This document shows, one piece after another, positions 62,867 through 64,000 of a stretch of DNA of 64,000 bases (position 1 is its first letter; each line of letters begins with the position of its first letter). The stretch spans positions 342,311,402 to 342,375,401 of the forward strand of contig NC_085841.1 of NCBI RefSeq assembly GCF_035594765.1, in the 5' to 3' direction. The DNA comes from Anolis carolinensis. Its lineage: Eukaryota. The translations under genes and the position numbers were made by a program. The notes beneath the pieces were generated by a model. The model did no database searches. It was not told the origin of the DNA and worked only from the letters and a program-made list of their open reading frames with translations.

Positions 62867-63187
62867 AGGGTAAAGGTTTTCCCCAGACATTAAGTCCAGT
62901 CATGTCTGACTCTGGAGGTTGGTGCTCATCTCCATTTCTAAGCCGAAGAGCCAGCGTTGTCCGTAGACTCCTCCAAGGTCATGTGGGATGACTACATGGA
63001 GCGGCGTTACCTTCCCGCCGGAGCAGTACCTATTGATGCACTCACATTTGCATGTTTTCGAACTTCTGGGTTGGCAGAAGCTGGAGCTAACAGTGGGGGC
63101 TCTCTCCGCTCCCCCAATTCAAACCTGTGGCCTTTCAGTCCAGAAGTTCAGCAGCTCAGCGCTTTAACAGGCTGCGCCATCAGGGGA
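62867..63187 (-). mobile_element. Sauria SINE-like element
   Basis: Reverse complement of 36395-36713. Confidence 0.85.
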
Positions 63188-63340
63188 TATTATTTCCTAA
63201 AGGTTGTGAATATACAATATTTCTGATTGGTTTTTTTTGTTTGTTGGAGGCAGGTATGAATGCTGCAATTAGGAAAAATGATTAGGATGTAATGGCCTTG
63301 CAGCTTTAAAGCCTGGCTGTTTCCTCCCTGAGTGAATTTT

Positions 63341-63690
63341 TTGTTGGGAGGTATTAGCTGGCCCTGATTGTTTCCTGTCTGGAATTCCCTTGTTTTCAGA
63401 GTGGTGTTGTTTGCGATATTTATGTGCTTCTACTGTCTGTGGCCCTGAGAAAACAGAGGATTTTCCAGACTTTGATGATGGGAATACTTTGTTGGGAGGT
63501 GTTAGCTGGCCCTGATTGTTTCCTGTCTGGAATACCCTTGTTTTCAGAGTGATGTTGTTTGCGATATTTTATGTGCTTCTACTGTCTGTGGCCCTGAGAA
63601 AACAGGATTTGCCAGACTTTGATGATGGGAATACTTTGTTGGGAGGTGTTAGCTGGCCCTGATTGTTTCCTGTGTGGAATTCCCCTGTTT
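63341..63690. repeat. ~148-bp tandem repeat (2.4 copies), partly derived from Penelope pseudo-LTR
   Basis: TTGTTGGGAGG at 63341, 63489 and 63636. The first ~70 bp are the reverse complement of 34600-34661. Confidence 0.88.
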
Positions 63691-63900
63691 ATTTACTGTC
63701 CTGGTTTTAGAGATTATATTGTTCTGCATTATTCTATCCCAGTAATTATTTCATATTAAAGAAGAATCTCACTTATCCAACATTCGCTTATACAATGTTC
63801 TGGATTATCCAACGCAGTCTGCCTTTTCATAATCAATGCTTTTGTAGTCAGTGTTTTAAATTCATTGTGATATTTTAGTGGTAAATTTGTAAATACAGTA

Positions 63901-64000
63901 CAGTAGAGTCTCACTTATCCAACATAAACGGGCCGGCAGAACGTTGGATAAGCGAATATGTTGGATAATGAGGAATTAAGGATAACCCTATTAAACATCA
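63901..64000. mobile_element. Tc1/mariner MITE, family A copy 4 (truncated by window end), adjacent to an older relative at ~63762-63898
   Basis: TA|CAGTAGAGTCTCACTTATCCAACATAAACGGGCCGG. Confidence 0.85.

Larger units (their letters stand above)
62781..64000 (-). mobile_element. Helitron-like element, copy 2, followed by SINE, Penelope-derived repeats and MITE sequence; 5' end not seen
   Basis: Minus strand ends GCCACAGCAACGCGTGGC-TGGGCACAG-CTAG|T, a canonical Helitron 3' hairpin plus CTRR. The internal extent is inferred. Confidence 0.6.

Overview
Vertebrate genomic DNA, most likely a squamate reptile; the repeat families resemble those of Anolis lizards (inferred from recognition, no database search). 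Two protein-coding genes are supported, arranged tail-to-tail as in the human FAM181A-ASB2 locus: FAM181A (single coding exon, 50996-52036, +) and the last two coding exons of ASB2 (60814-60967 and 59268-59404, -). The first ~48 kb is intergenic and packed with often nested transposable elements: an L1 3' end, L2, CR1 and RTE LINE fragments, two solo LTRs, tRNA-derived SINEs, Tc1/mariner and hAT MITEs, a mariner fossil and Penelope-like pseudo-LTRs. Several TE-free islands there look like enhancers. There is one 168-nt assembly gap (50139-50306). The most notable observations are: (1) minimal hammerhead-ribozyme motifs in the Penelope pseudo-LTRs, one with an intact core and compensatory stem changes; (2) a 22-aa in-frame triplication in FAM181A beside its TEAD-binding motif; (3) tandem Helitron ends in an ASB2 intron, followed by a SINE, Penelope-derived tandem repeats and MITE sequence; (4) a perfect 19-bp hairpin with a template-switch signature. 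I do not see clear evidence for a wholly new multi-gene system. Most short ORFs in the track are spurious.
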